A DNA stretch of 49,478 nt. Source: an uncultured Anaerolineaceae bacterium. Lineage in GTDB: Bacteria; Chloroflexota; Anaerolineae; Anaerolineales; E44-bin32. Position numbers and translations under genes: made by a program. The stretch is from positions 1-49,478 of the forward strand of contig CAZBJQ010000003.1 of assembly GCA_964492235.1 (NCBI GenBank), in the 5' to 3' direction. The notes under the pieces were generated by a model, which ran no database searches, was not told the origin of the DNA, and was given only the letters and a program-made list of their open reading frames with translations. Positions 1 through 9,306 of the stretch are shown piece after piece; positions within the stretch are counted from its first letter, which is position 1, and each line of letters begins with the position of its first letter.

Positions 1-1716
1 GACCATGAGCAGGAGGATCGAAAGGGGAAACAGCAAACCCCAGGTTCCGATGGTGAGGATGCTGTCTCTGGCGTAGCCCAGCGTTAAGTAGAGGGGAGCG
101 AGATCGAACCCCCCTGGGCCTTGGGCTGCGGCAAACTCACCGGGAAGACGCATGACATCTGTAGAGAGGTATGACCAGCCGAAGCTCAGCCAGATGGCGG
201 CAATGAGAAGGAGCGGCCCGAACCCCACGAGATGGCGGAGTCTGGGCAACGATCGCCTTGCCAGGAGCCCGGACGCCACCACGACGGTAAGCAGCACCAG
301 AGAGTAGTGAACCCCCTCCGGCCGCGTCCAGGCGGCAAATCCCAACAGGACGCCTCCAAGGACAAGGCCTCTTGGCTGATCCTGGACGATCCCATAGACG
401 GACCATAGAGCGCCCAGCACAAGATAGACCGTGAAGGGAAGGTTCGCATACCCGATTGTCGCGTGAATGAAGATCGTGGGAACCGTCAGGAGGAGCAGTG
501 CCCCGAGAGACGAGCCTGTGCTTGTTAGACCGCCTTGACGCCAGAACCAGAAGCATCCCACCAGGAGCGAGAACGCGAAAAGGGGATCCAGCAGCTTGGA
601 GCCGGGAAGCACGTCGCCGTCCGCCAAACGGAACAACGCGATAGCCAGGTGCAGGTTCTGGGGGTATGCGAGCCCATGCCCCCCCCAAGATGCGCCAGCT
701 CGGATCGAACCTTCCAAGGCGATGCCATATCCCTTCAGTGCCCAATTGGCGATCGCATCGAAGAGCGAGTAGGCCCTGCCGATCGAGATGACGGTGGCCA
801 GACCAAGAAAAAACAGGATCAGGGACCATACAATGATCGATGGTGCCCTGGAGGCGCGGAGGTTGATCGTCGCGCCCCGCAACGACTGGACAACAGGCAG
901 GAGGCCTCGGTTTTCTGGGACCAGCCGAAAGAGGATTTGGGTAAGGAGGACCAGTCCCAGGAGTATGAGAATGACGGCGGTTCGGCTCAGAGGCAGCCCG
1001 GCCCACGAGAGCACAAAGGTCGTGAGCGACCAGGTGCCCAAGCCAAGGGGGAACCCCAGGCTGGCCGCCTCGATCCAGCCGATCTGACCTCGTATCAGGG
1101 CGCCAAGGCTGATCCCGATGACCACGATCATGAGCAGGATCCCCGCGTCGATGATGATGGCGAGGCCGATTGGCATTGGGCGGATTGGCCCGGGGGGCTC
1201 CGACACCGTGCCTGTGTCTCTGGGGGCGTACACTCCTCGGTAGAAGACGTTGCCCGCGCCCTCATACGGTATGAAGCGTTTCTGACGGCTCAGTTCGCGA
1301 TCTGGAGGGAAAACGCCGATGGCGGGGACCCAGGCATTGGCCGATGCCAGGCACTGCACACAGTCTTCGCTGGGAGCGTCGATGGCCTTGGTGTCACATG
1401 GGCATGACGGTATCGACCTGGGCATCAGGTAGAACTGGAGCACATTCTGCATAGAGAGGTAGGTACCTGATCCCAGAGGAACTGAAACCGCGGAGCTGGA
1501 GGGAACATTGTCCTCGATAAACGCCAGGAAGTCGGCCGCCTTCCTTCCCATAAGATACTCGGCGCTCCGAGCCTCGGCCGAGTGATCTCTCAGGCGCCAC
1601 GTTCTCTTCAACCAGAGCAAGCCGTAGCCGCTAACAACCGTGTAGGCCTGTATCAGTATGACGACAAGCGCCAGGGCAATCGTGCCGCGACCAACAATCC
1701 GGTTGATACTAGCCAT
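1..1716 (-). CDS. Polytopic integral membrane protein whose C-terminus lies beyond the window edge. It is absent from the supplied ORF track because it has no in-window stop. Possibly a GT-C-like glycosyltransferase.
   Basis: Own translation of the minus strand. ATG at 1716-1714 (MASINRIVGRGTIALALVVILIQAY...), one TM helix, then a Cys-rich extracytoplasmic loop of about 110 aa (CPCDTKAIDAPSEDCVQCLASANAW). More than 10 hydrophobic helices follow, and the frame stays open to position 1 (...ILTIGTWGLLFPLSILLLMV). Confidence 0.7.
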   Translation of the reverse strand, partial: MASINRIVGRGTIALALVVILIQAYTVVSGYGLLWLKRTWRLRDHSAEARSAEYLMGRKAADFLAFIEDNVPSSSAVSVPLGSGTYLSMQNVLQFYLMPRSIPSCPCDTKAIDAPSEDCVQCLASANAWVPAIGVFPPDRELSRQKRFIPYEGAGNVFYRGVYAPRDTGTVSEPPGPIRPMPIGLAIIIDAGILLMIVVIGISLGALIRGQIGWIEAASLGFPLGLGTWSLTTFVLSWAGLPLSRTAVILILLGLVLLTQILFRLVPENRGLLPVVQSLRGATINLRASRAPSIIVWSLILFFLGLATVISIGRAYSLFDAIANWALKGYGIALEGSIRAGASWGGHGLAYPQNLHLAIALFRLADGDVLPGSKLLDPLFAFSLLVGCFWFWRQGGLTSTGSSLGALLLLTVPTIFIHATIGYANLPFTVYLVLGALWSVYGIVQDQPRGLVLGGVLLGFAAWTRPEGVHYSLVLLTVVVASGLLARRSLPRLRHLVGFGPLLLIAAIWLSFGWSYLSTDVMRLPGEFAAAQGPGGFDLAPLYLTLGYARDSILTIGTWGLLFPLSILLLMV

Positions 1717-1742
1717 CTGGTTGAGGACCTTGAAACCCCATC

Positions 1743-1760
1743 GCGTTATTGGCGTTATTG
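1743..1760. repeat. Perfect tandem 9-mer GCGTTATTG x2 in the upstream region of the edge-truncated membrane-protein gene
   Basis: Read directly: gcgttattg gcgttattg, 27-44 nt upstream (minus-strand sense) of the ATG at 1716. Locally AT-richer than the flanks. Confidence 0.8.
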
Positions 1761-2065
1761 AGGATCAGCACTCCCGGACCGGAAGACGTTTGGCCGCCAG
1801 GTTGGACGAACGGAGGGGTTGCTGGGGGCTGCTCCCGGACCCCGGTGTGGATAAAGGATTCTATCAGGATTGGAAGCGCCTGGCTCCGGCGCCGCCCGAA
1901 ACGGATATGGGCAACGCGCGGTGGTCGGCGGGCCTCCCGCCAGGAAACGCCGGCCGCAGACCGAGGCTTCCCATGGAAGACTTCGAATCGGAGACGCTCT
2001 CAATAGACGCGGGGGTCGGCCGGATGGCGAACCGCCATGTCCTGCTTTCGCGGCGGTGGCTTGCG

Positions 2066-2923
2066 TCACCGCTTGGATGTGTGGCGCAGGAAGATGAACC
2101 AGTACACGATCGCCACCAGGACGGCGCCCCCGATGATATTGCCGATCGTCACCGGGATCAGGTTGTTCACGACAAAGGCCGACCAGGTCAACTTCTCTAG
2201 CGCCAGGCCGGTGGACTGGGTGAACGTGGGATCGTATTGCTTAATGAGCAGACCGATCGGCACGAAATACATATTGGCTACGCTGTGCTCAAAGCCGGCG
2301 GCGACAAAGGCCGAGATCGGGAAGATGATGGCGGCGATCTTGTCGAGGGTGCTGCGGGCGCTGTAGGTCATCCAAACCGCCAGGCACACCAGGACATTGC
2401 ACAGGATGCCAAGGAACACCGCCTGAACCCAGCCCAGCTGGACCTTGCTGTTGGCAATGTTCAGGGCTGCGATCCCGACGGCACCGTTGCCGAAGGTGTA
2501 TTGTCTGCTCATGAATACCATCAGGGCCGTGCCCAGCGAGCCGATCAGGTTGCCAATGTATACGATCGCCCAGTTGCGGGACAGCGACAATGTCGAGACC
2601 TTGCCGCCGGCCCAGGCCATCACGATCAGGTTGTTGCCGGTGAACAGCTCGGCGCCGCCCACCACGACCAGGATCAGGCCCAGGCAGAATACCAGGCCGA
2701 CGAGCATGCGGGCGATGCCGTAGGGCACGATGCCGGACAGCCCCCCGGCAACCGTGGTGGCAAAGATCGCCCCCAGCGCGATGAACGCCCCCGCCAGGAC
2801 GGCGAGGGTGAGTACCGTCCAGAAGGGCATGGCAGCTTTGCGCACCCCGATCTCTTCGGCGCGCACCGCCATCTCCGCAGGCAGCAAGGCATCGATTCGG
2901 ATCTCGTGGGTCTCGGTTGTCAT
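2066..2923 (-). CDS. Formate/nitrite transporter (FNT) family channel
   Basis: 285 aa. FNT signatures AELFTGNN and GFEHSVANM, six hydrophobic helices, AGGAGA Shine-Dalgarno upstream of the ATG at 2923. Confidence 0.9.
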   Translation of the reverse strand: MTTETHEIRIDALLPAEMAVRAEEIGVRKAAMPFWTVLTLAVLAGAFIALGAIFATTVAGGLSGIVPYGIARMLVGLVFCLGLILVVVGGAELFTGNNLIVMAWAGGKVSTLSLSRNWAIVYIGNLIGSLGTALMVFMSRQYTFGNGAVGIAALNIANSKVQLGWVQAVFLGILCNVLVCLAVWMTYSARSTLDKIAAIIFPISAFVAAGFEHSVANMYFVPIGLLIKQYDPTFTQSTGLALEKLTWSAFVVNNLIPVTIGNIIGGAVLVAIVYWFIFLRHTSKR

Positions 2924-3199
2924 TGGGGTATTCTCCTGCCCTCTGCTGTGCAGGAGGGCACTCCTAGCCTAACGCGGCCGGGTGCTGGGCTCAAGAGACA
3001 AACATCACCACCTGTCCAGCCCCTGCTTCCGGACCGACGCATTCCTTTCGCTCAAGGTGCGTTCACGGTGGTGCGCGTTCTCCAAAGGACTCCGGGTATG
3101 TCCAGCATTGGCGCGGCGAGGCGAGGGCCACGTGCATCCTGCCCCATTCGGAGAGCGCCCGGGTCTTTGCCTCTGGAACGTCATACTAGGAAGCGCCGG

Positions 3200-4138
3200 T
3201 TATGAGGAGCGGGCGGGGTGGACGGAGCGCTGCGGCAGGCTGATCCAGATTACACTTGCCAGCACCAAAACGCCCCCCAGCACCTGCTGCGGGGACAACC
3301 GTTCGTGCAGCAACAGGCTGGCCAGAAGAATAGTGAAGACCGGCTCGAGCGTGCTCAAGAGCGAGGCGGTCGTTGGGCCAACGCGGGCCATTCCGGCAAA
3401 AAAGGTGCTGATGGGGAGTATCGTGCTGAACAGGACGAGTCCGAGGATGATGGCCCCGCTGGTCACGGTCAGCTCAAAGGCCCAGGTTCGGGTGATCAGG
3501 CCGACGGCTAGGAAGCTGATAGCTGCACCGGCCGCGACCCAGGTAGTGCTGATAATCGGCCCGGCCCGATGGACGTAGCGGTCGCTGATGATGATGTACC
3601 CCGAGTACCAGCCGGCAGAGCACAGTGTGAAGAAGACGCCAAGCCTGTCAATGGGCTGGGCACCGATGCCGCTCCCCTGGCTGGTGACGGTCAGGGCGAC
3701 TCCCAGGGTGGCCACAACCATCGCCATCCACTCATGCCGCCCGGGTCGCCGGTGGTTCACGCCCCAGTTGAGCAGGGCAACGAAGAACGGGTAGGCGTAG
3801 AGCAGCAATGCGCTGAGCGAGGCCGGGATGCGCTGCAGGCCGAGGAAAAAGAAACTGGCCTGGACTGCATATCCGAACAATCCAAGTGAGAGCAGAATCA
3901 GCGCCAGACGCCGCCCGGGTAAGATTGCCCGGCCTCGGAGCGCGAGCAGGCCTATGGCCAGCAGCAGCGCCGCGCCACCGAAGCGCAGGCTGAGGAAACC
4001 GGTCAGGCTCAGACCGGCGGCGAAGGCGAACTTGCCGAATATGGACAGGGTGGCGAACCCGGCAGCGGAAACGGCGATCAGTCCGGCGCCGATCCAACGG
4101 CTGCCGGCAGGGCTAGAGATGGAAGAGGACGTGGACAT
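3200..4138 (-). CDS. EamA/DMT-superfamily transporter
   Basis: 312 aa, about 10 TM helices arranged as two similar halves, typical of EamA-domain carriers. Confidence 0.8.
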   Translation of the reverse strand: MSTSSSISSPAGSRWIGAGLIAVSAAGFATLSIFGKFAFAAGLSLTGFLSLRFGGAALLLAIGLLALRGRAILPGRRLALILLSLGLFGYAVQASFFFLGLQRIPASLSALLLYAYPFFVALLNWGVNHRRPGRHEWMAMVVATLGVALTVTSQGSGIGAQPIDRLGVFFTLCSAGWYSGYIIISDRYVHRAGPIISTTWVAAGAAISFLAVGLITRTWAFELTVTSGAIILGLVLFSTILPISTFFAGMARVGPTTASLLSTLEPVFTILLASLLLHERLSPQQVLGGVLVLASVIWISLPQRSVHPARSS

Positions 4139-4230
4139 GCGGCTGTGCCTGAACCAGAGAGAGTATACGGCAGGCGAGGGAGTTCTGGATCTGGAATGAG
4201 GCGCGGTAGAATGTTCTCCGTGGAGAGACC

Positions 4231-5187
4231 ATGACGACCCGCGACCGCACCATCAAGACGGTCGACCTCCGTGAAGAGATGGCCCCCAAAACGCTGCGGC
4301 GACCCGAGTGGATACGGGTCCGTGCGCCGTCGGGCGAGACCTATGAGCGGCTGCGCAATATGATGCGAGCCAAGTCGCTGCATACGGTGTGCGAAGAAGC
4401 GATGTGTCCCAACCTGGGCGAATGCTGGGGGTCGGGCACGGCCACCTTCCTGATGATGGGTGATGTCTGCACCCGCGCCTGTGGCTTCTGCGACATCAAG
4501 ACCGGCCGCCCGACGCCTCTGGATTGGTCGGAGCCGGAGCGCGTCGCCCGCGCCGTGCAGGCGATGAACTTGCGGCATGCCGTGATCACCAGCGTCAACC
4601 GGGACGAGCGGCCGGATGGCGGCGCGCCGATCTTCGCCATGGTCATCCAGCGCATCCGGGAGTTGCAGCCCGACTGCTCGATCGAAGTCCTGATTCCGGA
4701 TTTCAAGGGATCGCTCGAAGCGCTGCGGACCGTGGTCAAAGCCAGGCCTGAGATTCTCAATCACAACGTCGAGACCGTGCCGCGGTTGTTCAAGCGTGTC
4801 CAGCCGCAAGACCGCTACGAATGGGCGCAGACAACACTGTCCAGCTCCAAGAAGATAGACGCGCAAGTGCTGACCAAGTCCGGTATCATGCTTGGGCTGG
4901 GGGAGTCGTTGGACGAAGTCAAGGCCGTCCTGTGCGACCTGCGCGCATGGGGCGTCGACATCGTGACCATTGGTCAATACCTTCAGCCATCGAAGAAGCA
5001 CCTCCCGATCGAGCGCTACTACACCCCGGACGAGTTCGACGACCTCAAGCGGTACGGTCTGGAGATCGGATTCCGCTGGGTGGAGAGCGGTCCACTGGTT
5101 CGTTCCTCTTACCGGGCCGAGCAGCAAGTGCGGGCCTTGAGCAGCTTGCATCGGCCACACGCCAGGCTGGACGCATCCGCGGACTGA
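4231..5187 (+). CDS. lipA: Lipoyl synthase
   Basis: N-terminal auxiliary-cluster motif CPNLGECW plus radical-SAM CTRACGFC. Full length, 318 aa. TAGAAT at 4207-4212 and GGAGAG upstream. Confidence 0.95.
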   Translation: MTTRDRTIKTVDLREEMAPKTLRRPEWIRVRAPSGETYERLRNMMRAKSLHTVCEEAMCPNLGECWGSGTATFLMMGDVCTRACGFCDIKTGRPTPLDWSEPERVARAVQAMNLRHAVITSVNRDERPDGGAPIFAMVIQRIRELQPDCSIEVLIPDFKGSLEALRTVVKARPEILNHNVETVPRLFKRVQPQDRYEWAQTTLSSSKKIDAQVLTKSGIMLGLGESLDEVKAVLCDLRAWGVDIVTIGQYLQPSKKHLPIERYYTPDEFDDLKRYGLEIGFRWVESGPLVRSSYRAEQQVRALSSLHRPHARLDASAD

Positions 5188-5259
5188 GGTCGCGGCCCTC
5201 GCCTGCAAGAGAGGTGACCGGTTCACCCAGCCTGACCATCGCTGCGCCAGCTGTCGCGA

Positions 5260-7260
5260 GTGCGATTCATGCCACTTGTTCTGCCAACGATAGCCTTCAT
5301 CCTGATCTTCTTCGCCGTGCGCCGACTGCAGACCGCCCGGACGATCGAGCGCGGCGGCTGGGAGGCGACCTGCGTGATAGCCAGCGCGTTCTGGGGAGCC
5401 GGCCTGGCGCTGAGCGTGGAGATCCTTGGCCTGGCAGAGGCTGTCCGGCCGCAGACCGTCATAGCGTCGTGGCTTGTGATGGCGGGGGCTGCTGGGGCGG
5501 GGCTTCTCACCCGACGAGCCAGGCTGCCAGCTTGGCACTCGGGTCGAATACAGCTGGAGCGGTTGTCTCGGAGCGAAACCGCCTTCTGTCTGCTTCTGGC
5601 AATAGCGTTGCTGCTGCTGCTGGCGATTGCCTGGGCGTCACCCCCCAACAACGTCGACTCGCTGCTATATCACATGAGCCGCGTCGTGCACTGGGCGCAA
5701 AACGGCTCGTTGCGCCACTACGCCACGGGCTATGGACACCAGCTGTGGAATCCGCCCTGGGCGGAAATGGCCATCCTGAATCTGCGCCTGCTGTGGGGGG
5801 ACGACAGGCCGGCGAACTTGGTGCAGTGGAGCGGACTGGTCGGCTCGCTGGTGGCGGTCTCGGGCGTGGCTCGGCTGCTCGGTCTGGGCCGGCGCGGCCG
5901 AATGCTGGCGGTAGCGTTTGCATTCTCGATTCCTATGGCTTTGCTTCAGGCCACCAGCACCCAGAACGACCTGGTCGCCTCGTATTGGCTGATTGCCGCC
6001 CTGCTGCTTGTGTTGCTGATGGGTCAGCGAGATCAGACCGCCGGACGTTTGGAGCTGCTGGCCTTTGGCGCCAGCGTCGGCCTGGGTCTTCTCAGCAAGG
6101 GAACACACTACGCCTTCTCACTGCCGGTTCTGGTCATGTTCTTATTCTTGCGGGACTGGCGCGGCCGGCCATGGAGGGCGTTGGGGGATGTGTGTCTGGT
6201 CCTGGCTGTGGTGTTAATCCTCAACTTGGGCTACTGGGCACGCAACATCGCGACCGCAGGTAACCCGCTGGGACCCGCCGACTGGATCGCAGGCCACAGC
6301 CCGGCGGGAGGCTCGTTGAATGCTCTCGTGTCCAGGGTACAGGCGATTCCGCTGCTGGTGGTTCGTGCAGCATCACTCCATCTGGCCACACCCTGGGAGC
6401 CGGTCAATCAGTTTGTGGCGAGAGCCATTCACTCCCTACCCGGTAGCGCGGCTCTCAGGAACGACGGCTTTGAAATTGCCTGGGGATGGAATCATGAGGA
6501 CATGGCCGGGAATCCTGTCCACCTGGTCATTGTGTTGGCCGGCCTCGCAACGGCAGCCGTCACCTGGAAGAGGCAGCCTAGGCTCATCCTGGCGGTGGCC
6601 CTGGCGGCGACGGCCGGATACTTCCTGCTTGCGCTGCTGGCCCTGCAGAGCACAGGTCCTTTTGGAACGCGCCTCCAGCTCCCGTTCTTTGTGCTCAGTG
6701 CGCCTTGGGTGGCTGCCATCGTTCTCACGGCTCGGCCAAGATGGCTCCCCGGTGCGTTGACATTCGGCCTGCTGATGTTGTCGCTTCCCTGGATCTTGTT
6801 CAACGCCACGCGACCCGTCATCGCGCTGGCGCCGGAGCCGGGCCCCTGGGAGCTCCCCTGCACGGACACCTTCGGTTGCACCAAAGTGGGGAGCGTCTTC
6901 TCAGCTTCACGCGTTGACCTGCTCTTCGCCAACACGCGAGAATTCCAGCAGGGCTACACCTCCGCCATCGACGCCCTTGGGGAAACGGGATGCAGGAGAG
7001 TGGGGCTCCGGATCGACTCGAGTGACCCCGAGTATCCCCTGTGGTTCCTGGCCGAGGCCCCGCAAAGCGGATTCCGCTTCGAAACCATCTTCACAACGGA
7101 GTCGCTCGAGGGATTGATCGACCGGGACTTCGCACCCTGCGCAGTCATCTGCACGATCTGCGGCGACAGGCTCCGGCTCCATGGGATGGACCTGTTGCGC
7201 GAGACAGCCGGAGTGAAGCTGTTTGCCGGTGACAGGTTCACCTGGGACGAAGACGGGTGA
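5260..7260 (+). CDS. Large polytopic membrane protein, putative GT-C fold (PMT/ArnT, GT39-like) glycosyltransferase
   Basis: 666 aa with at least 11 hydrophobic helices. The first external loop has an acidic motif (PPNNVDSLLYH), and there is a soluble C-terminal domain of about 130 aa. Start is GTG 5260 or ATG 5269. Confidence 0.6.
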   Translation: MRFMPLVLPTIAFILIFFAVRRLQTARTIERGGWEATCVIASAFWGAGLALSVEILGLAEAVRPQTVIASWLVMAGAAGAGLLTRRARLPAWHSGRIQLERLSRSETAFCLLLAIALLLLLAIAWASPPNNVDSLLYHMSRVVHWAQNGSLRHYATGYGHQLWNPPWAEMAILNLRLLWGDDRPANLVQWSGLVGSLVAVSGVARLLGLGRRGRMLAVAFAFSIPMALLQATSTQNDLVASYWLIAALLLVLLMGQRDQTAGRLELLAFGASVGLGLLSKGTHYAFSLPVLVMFLFLRDWRGRPWRALGDVCLVLAVVLILNLGYWARNIATAGNPLGPADWIAGHSPAGGSLNALVSRVQAIPLLVVRAASLHLATPWEPVNQFVARAIHSLPGSAALRNDGFEIAWGWNHEDMAGNPVHLVIVLAGLATAAVTWKRQPRLILAVALAATAGYFLLALLALQSTGPFGTRLQLPFFVLSAPWVAAIVLTARPRWLPGALTFGLLMLSLPWILFNATRPVIALAPEPGPWELPCTDTFGCTKVGSVFSASRVDLLFANTREFQQGYTSAIDALGETGCRRVGLRIDSSDPEYPLWFLAEAPQSGFRFETIFTTESLEGLIDRDFAPCAVICTICGDRLRLHGMDLLRETAGVKLFAGDRFTWDEDG

Positions 7261-7375
7261 CAAGGCCGTGATCGTTCGCTGAAACGACGCCGGCTGAGGG
7301 GGAACGAGGCCGGGCTGTATAATCCCAACTGGGCGGACATTTCGCAGGGCGCCAGCCCATCCCAAAGGAGTGTTT

Positions 7376-7822
7376 ATGTATTCCCTGACCTTGATTCTTC
7401 ACAACTCGATGCGCTGGGTTGTCGTCCTGGCCGGCATCTATGCACTGGTCCGAGCTTACTGGGGCTGGCTGGGCAAGCGCCCCTGGGCCCCGGCCGACAA
7501 GACCGCCGCCTCGGTCTTCTCCACGTCGGTTGATATTCAGTTCCTTCTCGGTCTGATCCTGGCGTTTACCAGCCCGCTGGTAGCGGCGGGGCTGGCGAAC
7601 ATGGCGGGGGCTATGCAGTCAGACGAACTACGCCGGATCCTGGTGGGTCATATCCCGCTTATGATCGTGGCGGTTGTGTTTGTGCATGTCGGTGTCGTAG
7701 GTGCCAGGCGGGCCAGCGAAGACCGCGGCCGCTTCCGTCGGGCCGCGCTGTGGTACAGCCTCGCGGCGCTGGTCTTGCTGGTGGCGATTCCTTGGTGGCG
7801 GCCGTTGCTGCGGATGCCTTGA
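7376..7822 (+). CDS. Small 4-TM membrane protein of unknown function
   Basis: ATG 7376 is preferred over track start GTG 7370 because AAGGAG occupies 7365-7370. TATAAT at 7318-7323. Four hydrophobic helices. Confidence 0.6.
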   Translation: MYSLTLILHNSMRWVVVLAGIYALVRAYWGWLGKRPWAPADKTAASVFSTSVDIQFLLGLILAFTSPLVAAGLANMAGAMQSDELRRILVGHIPLMIVAVVFVHVGVVGARRASEDRGRFRRAALWYSLAALVLLVAIPWWRPLLRMP

Positions 7823-7854
7823 AGCAGGGGCAGGGTAGACTGGCAAGCCAGGCC

Positions 7855-8274
7855 ATGCCGGTGTTCCGCTTCTACCACCCGGTTGAAGTCCGTTACGCGG
7901 ACATCGATGCCCAACGCCATGTCAACAATGTCGTCTTCTTTACCTACATGGAGACGGCCCGCGCCGCCTACCTGCGCCACCTCGGGCTGTGGGACGGCAA
8001 GGATTTCCTGGACATCGGCATCATCCTCGTCAAGGCTGAGTGCGAGTATTTGTCACCGATCGTGTACGGCATGCCGCTACGCGTTGGTGTGTGCACCGAC
8101 CGCCTCGGAACCAAGAGCCTGACACTGTCATATCGGATCGAGGACGCTGCGGCCGCCAATCTGATGGCCACCGGTCAAACCATCTCTGTTGCCTACGACT
8201 ACCGGGCGCAGCGTTCGATGCCTGTGCCTCCTGCGTGGCGCCAGACGATCGAGGCGTTCGAGCGCGGGGGCTGA
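7855..8274 (+). CDS. Acyl-CoA thioesterase, 4HBT/YbgC hotdog family
   Basis: Motif VRYADIDAQRHVNNVVFFTYMETAR. Trimmed from track start 7750 to ATG 7855 because the upstream part overlaps the previous gene and is Gly/Ala-rich. Confidence 0.85.
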   Translation: MPVFRFYHPVEVRYADIDAQRHVNNVVFFTYMETARAAYLRHLGLWDGKDFLDIGIILVKAECEYLSPIVYGMPLRVGVCTDRLGTKSLTLSYRIEDAAAANLMATGQTISVAYDYRAQRSMPVPPAWRQTIEAFERGG

Positions 8275-8295
8275 ACGCACCCCGAGTGCAGCGGC

Positions 8296-9306
8296 ATGCG
8301 AATCGACGCCAACCTTCCACCCTGTGAGCTGCGCCAGATCCCCTGGTTGTCACAGGCGGCGGAGCAGATGGGTTTTGATGGACTTTGGACCGGCGAGACT
8401 CAGCATGATCCCTTTCTGCCGCTTGCGCTCTGCGCCGAACATACGAGCCGACTGTCCCTGGGAACAGCTGTGGCCATCGCCTTCGCCCGCAGCCCGACCG
8501 TGCTGGCCCACACGGCGTGGGATCTGGCGGCGCAATCCGGCGGGCGTTTCGTGCTCGGTCTGGGAACGCAAGTCCGCCCTCACATTGAGCGCCGCTTTGG
8601 AATGACTTGGCCTGCCTCACCGGTCGGGGCCCTGCGCGAGCAGGTGCAAGTGATCCGCTCGTTGTGGGCTGCGTGGCAGAAAGGGGAACGCCCGAGTGTG
8701 CGCGGCGAGTACTACAAAGTCACGCTGATGACGCCCTTCTTCAACCCGGGGCCGATCCCGCACCCGGACATCCCCATTTACATCGCCGGCGTCAATCCAG
8801 GCCTGGCCCGACTGGCAGGTGAGGTTGCCGATGGGTTCGTGGTTCATCCCTATCACTCGCTGCGCTACCTGCAGGAGGTCATCCGGCCGGCCATTGCGGA
8901 AGGCGCGGTACGTGAGGGACGGTCGGCGGCCGAGATTGCAGTGAGCGTTACCGCCTTCGTCATCACCGACGATGCCGAACGCCAACTTGCCCGCAGCCAG
9001 ATTGCGTTCTATGCCTCGACGCCTTCTTACCGGCCGGTGATGGCCTTGCATGGGTGGGAAGAGGCGGCGGATCATCTGCGCGGCTTGTCGCGGCGCGGCG
9101 TCTGGACCGAGATGGCGGCATGTATCACGGAAGAGATGCTCTCGACCTTCGCCGTCGTCGCCTCGGAACGTGATCTCCCGGATGCCCTTTGCCGGCGGTA
9201 TGCCGGCGTTGCAGACCGACTCGGCCTGTACTTGCCCTTCACGCCCGGAACGCGGGATTCCTTCTGGCGGCACCTGCTCTCCAATCTGCGGGCAAACACA
9301 TGCTGA
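8296..9306 (+). CDS. Luciferase-like monooxygenase (LLM) family oxidoreductase, probably the F420-dependent subgroup
   Basis: 336 aa with LLM TIM-barrel pattern (GFDGLWTGETQHDPF, VLGLGTQ, IYIAGVNPGL). The cofactor assignment is inference. Confidence 0.8.
   Translation: MRIDANLPPCELRQIPWLSQAAEQMGFDGLWTGETQHDPFLPLALCAEHTSRLSLGTAVAIAFARSPTVLAHTAWDLAAQSGGRFVLGLGTQVRPHIERRFGMTWPASPVGALREQVQVIRSLWAAWQKGERPSVRGEYYKVTLMTPFFNPGPIPHPDIPIYIAGVNPGLARLAGEVADGFVVHPYHSLRYLQEVIRPAIAEGAVREGRSAAEIAVSVTAFVITDDAERQLARSQIAFYASTPSYRPVMALHGWEEAADHLRGLSRRGVWTEMAACITEEMLSTFAVVASERDLPDALCRRYAGVADRLGLYLPFTPGTRDSFWRHLLSNLRANTC

Noticed and set aside
137-1407. Track ORFs 137..1006 (-) and 535..1407 (+) at the left edge
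   Set aside because: They are replaced by the third minus frame, which is open over the full 1716 nt and encodes a convincing multi-helix membrane protein. The track ORFs are Arg/Pro/Gly-rich.
2924-4230. Riboswitches or leaders upstream of the FNT, lipA, pdxS and molybdoenzyme genes
   Set aside because: By eye I found no TPP, FMN, SAM, cobalamin, Moco, glycine or fluoride core motifs. The intergenic regions are short and contain only promoter-like hexamers. A covariance-model scan would be needed to be certain.
4078-5538. 486-aa minus-strand ORF overlapping lipA. The same class includes 18919..20562 (+), 24863..26002 (+), 30230..31237 (-), 38346..39392 (+), 44033..44920 (-), 45220..46215 (+) and 48082..49161 (-).
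   Set aside because: These are shadow ORFs antisense to, or out of frame with, genes that carry unambiguous family motifs. Their compositions are Arg/Pro/Gly-rich and motif-free.
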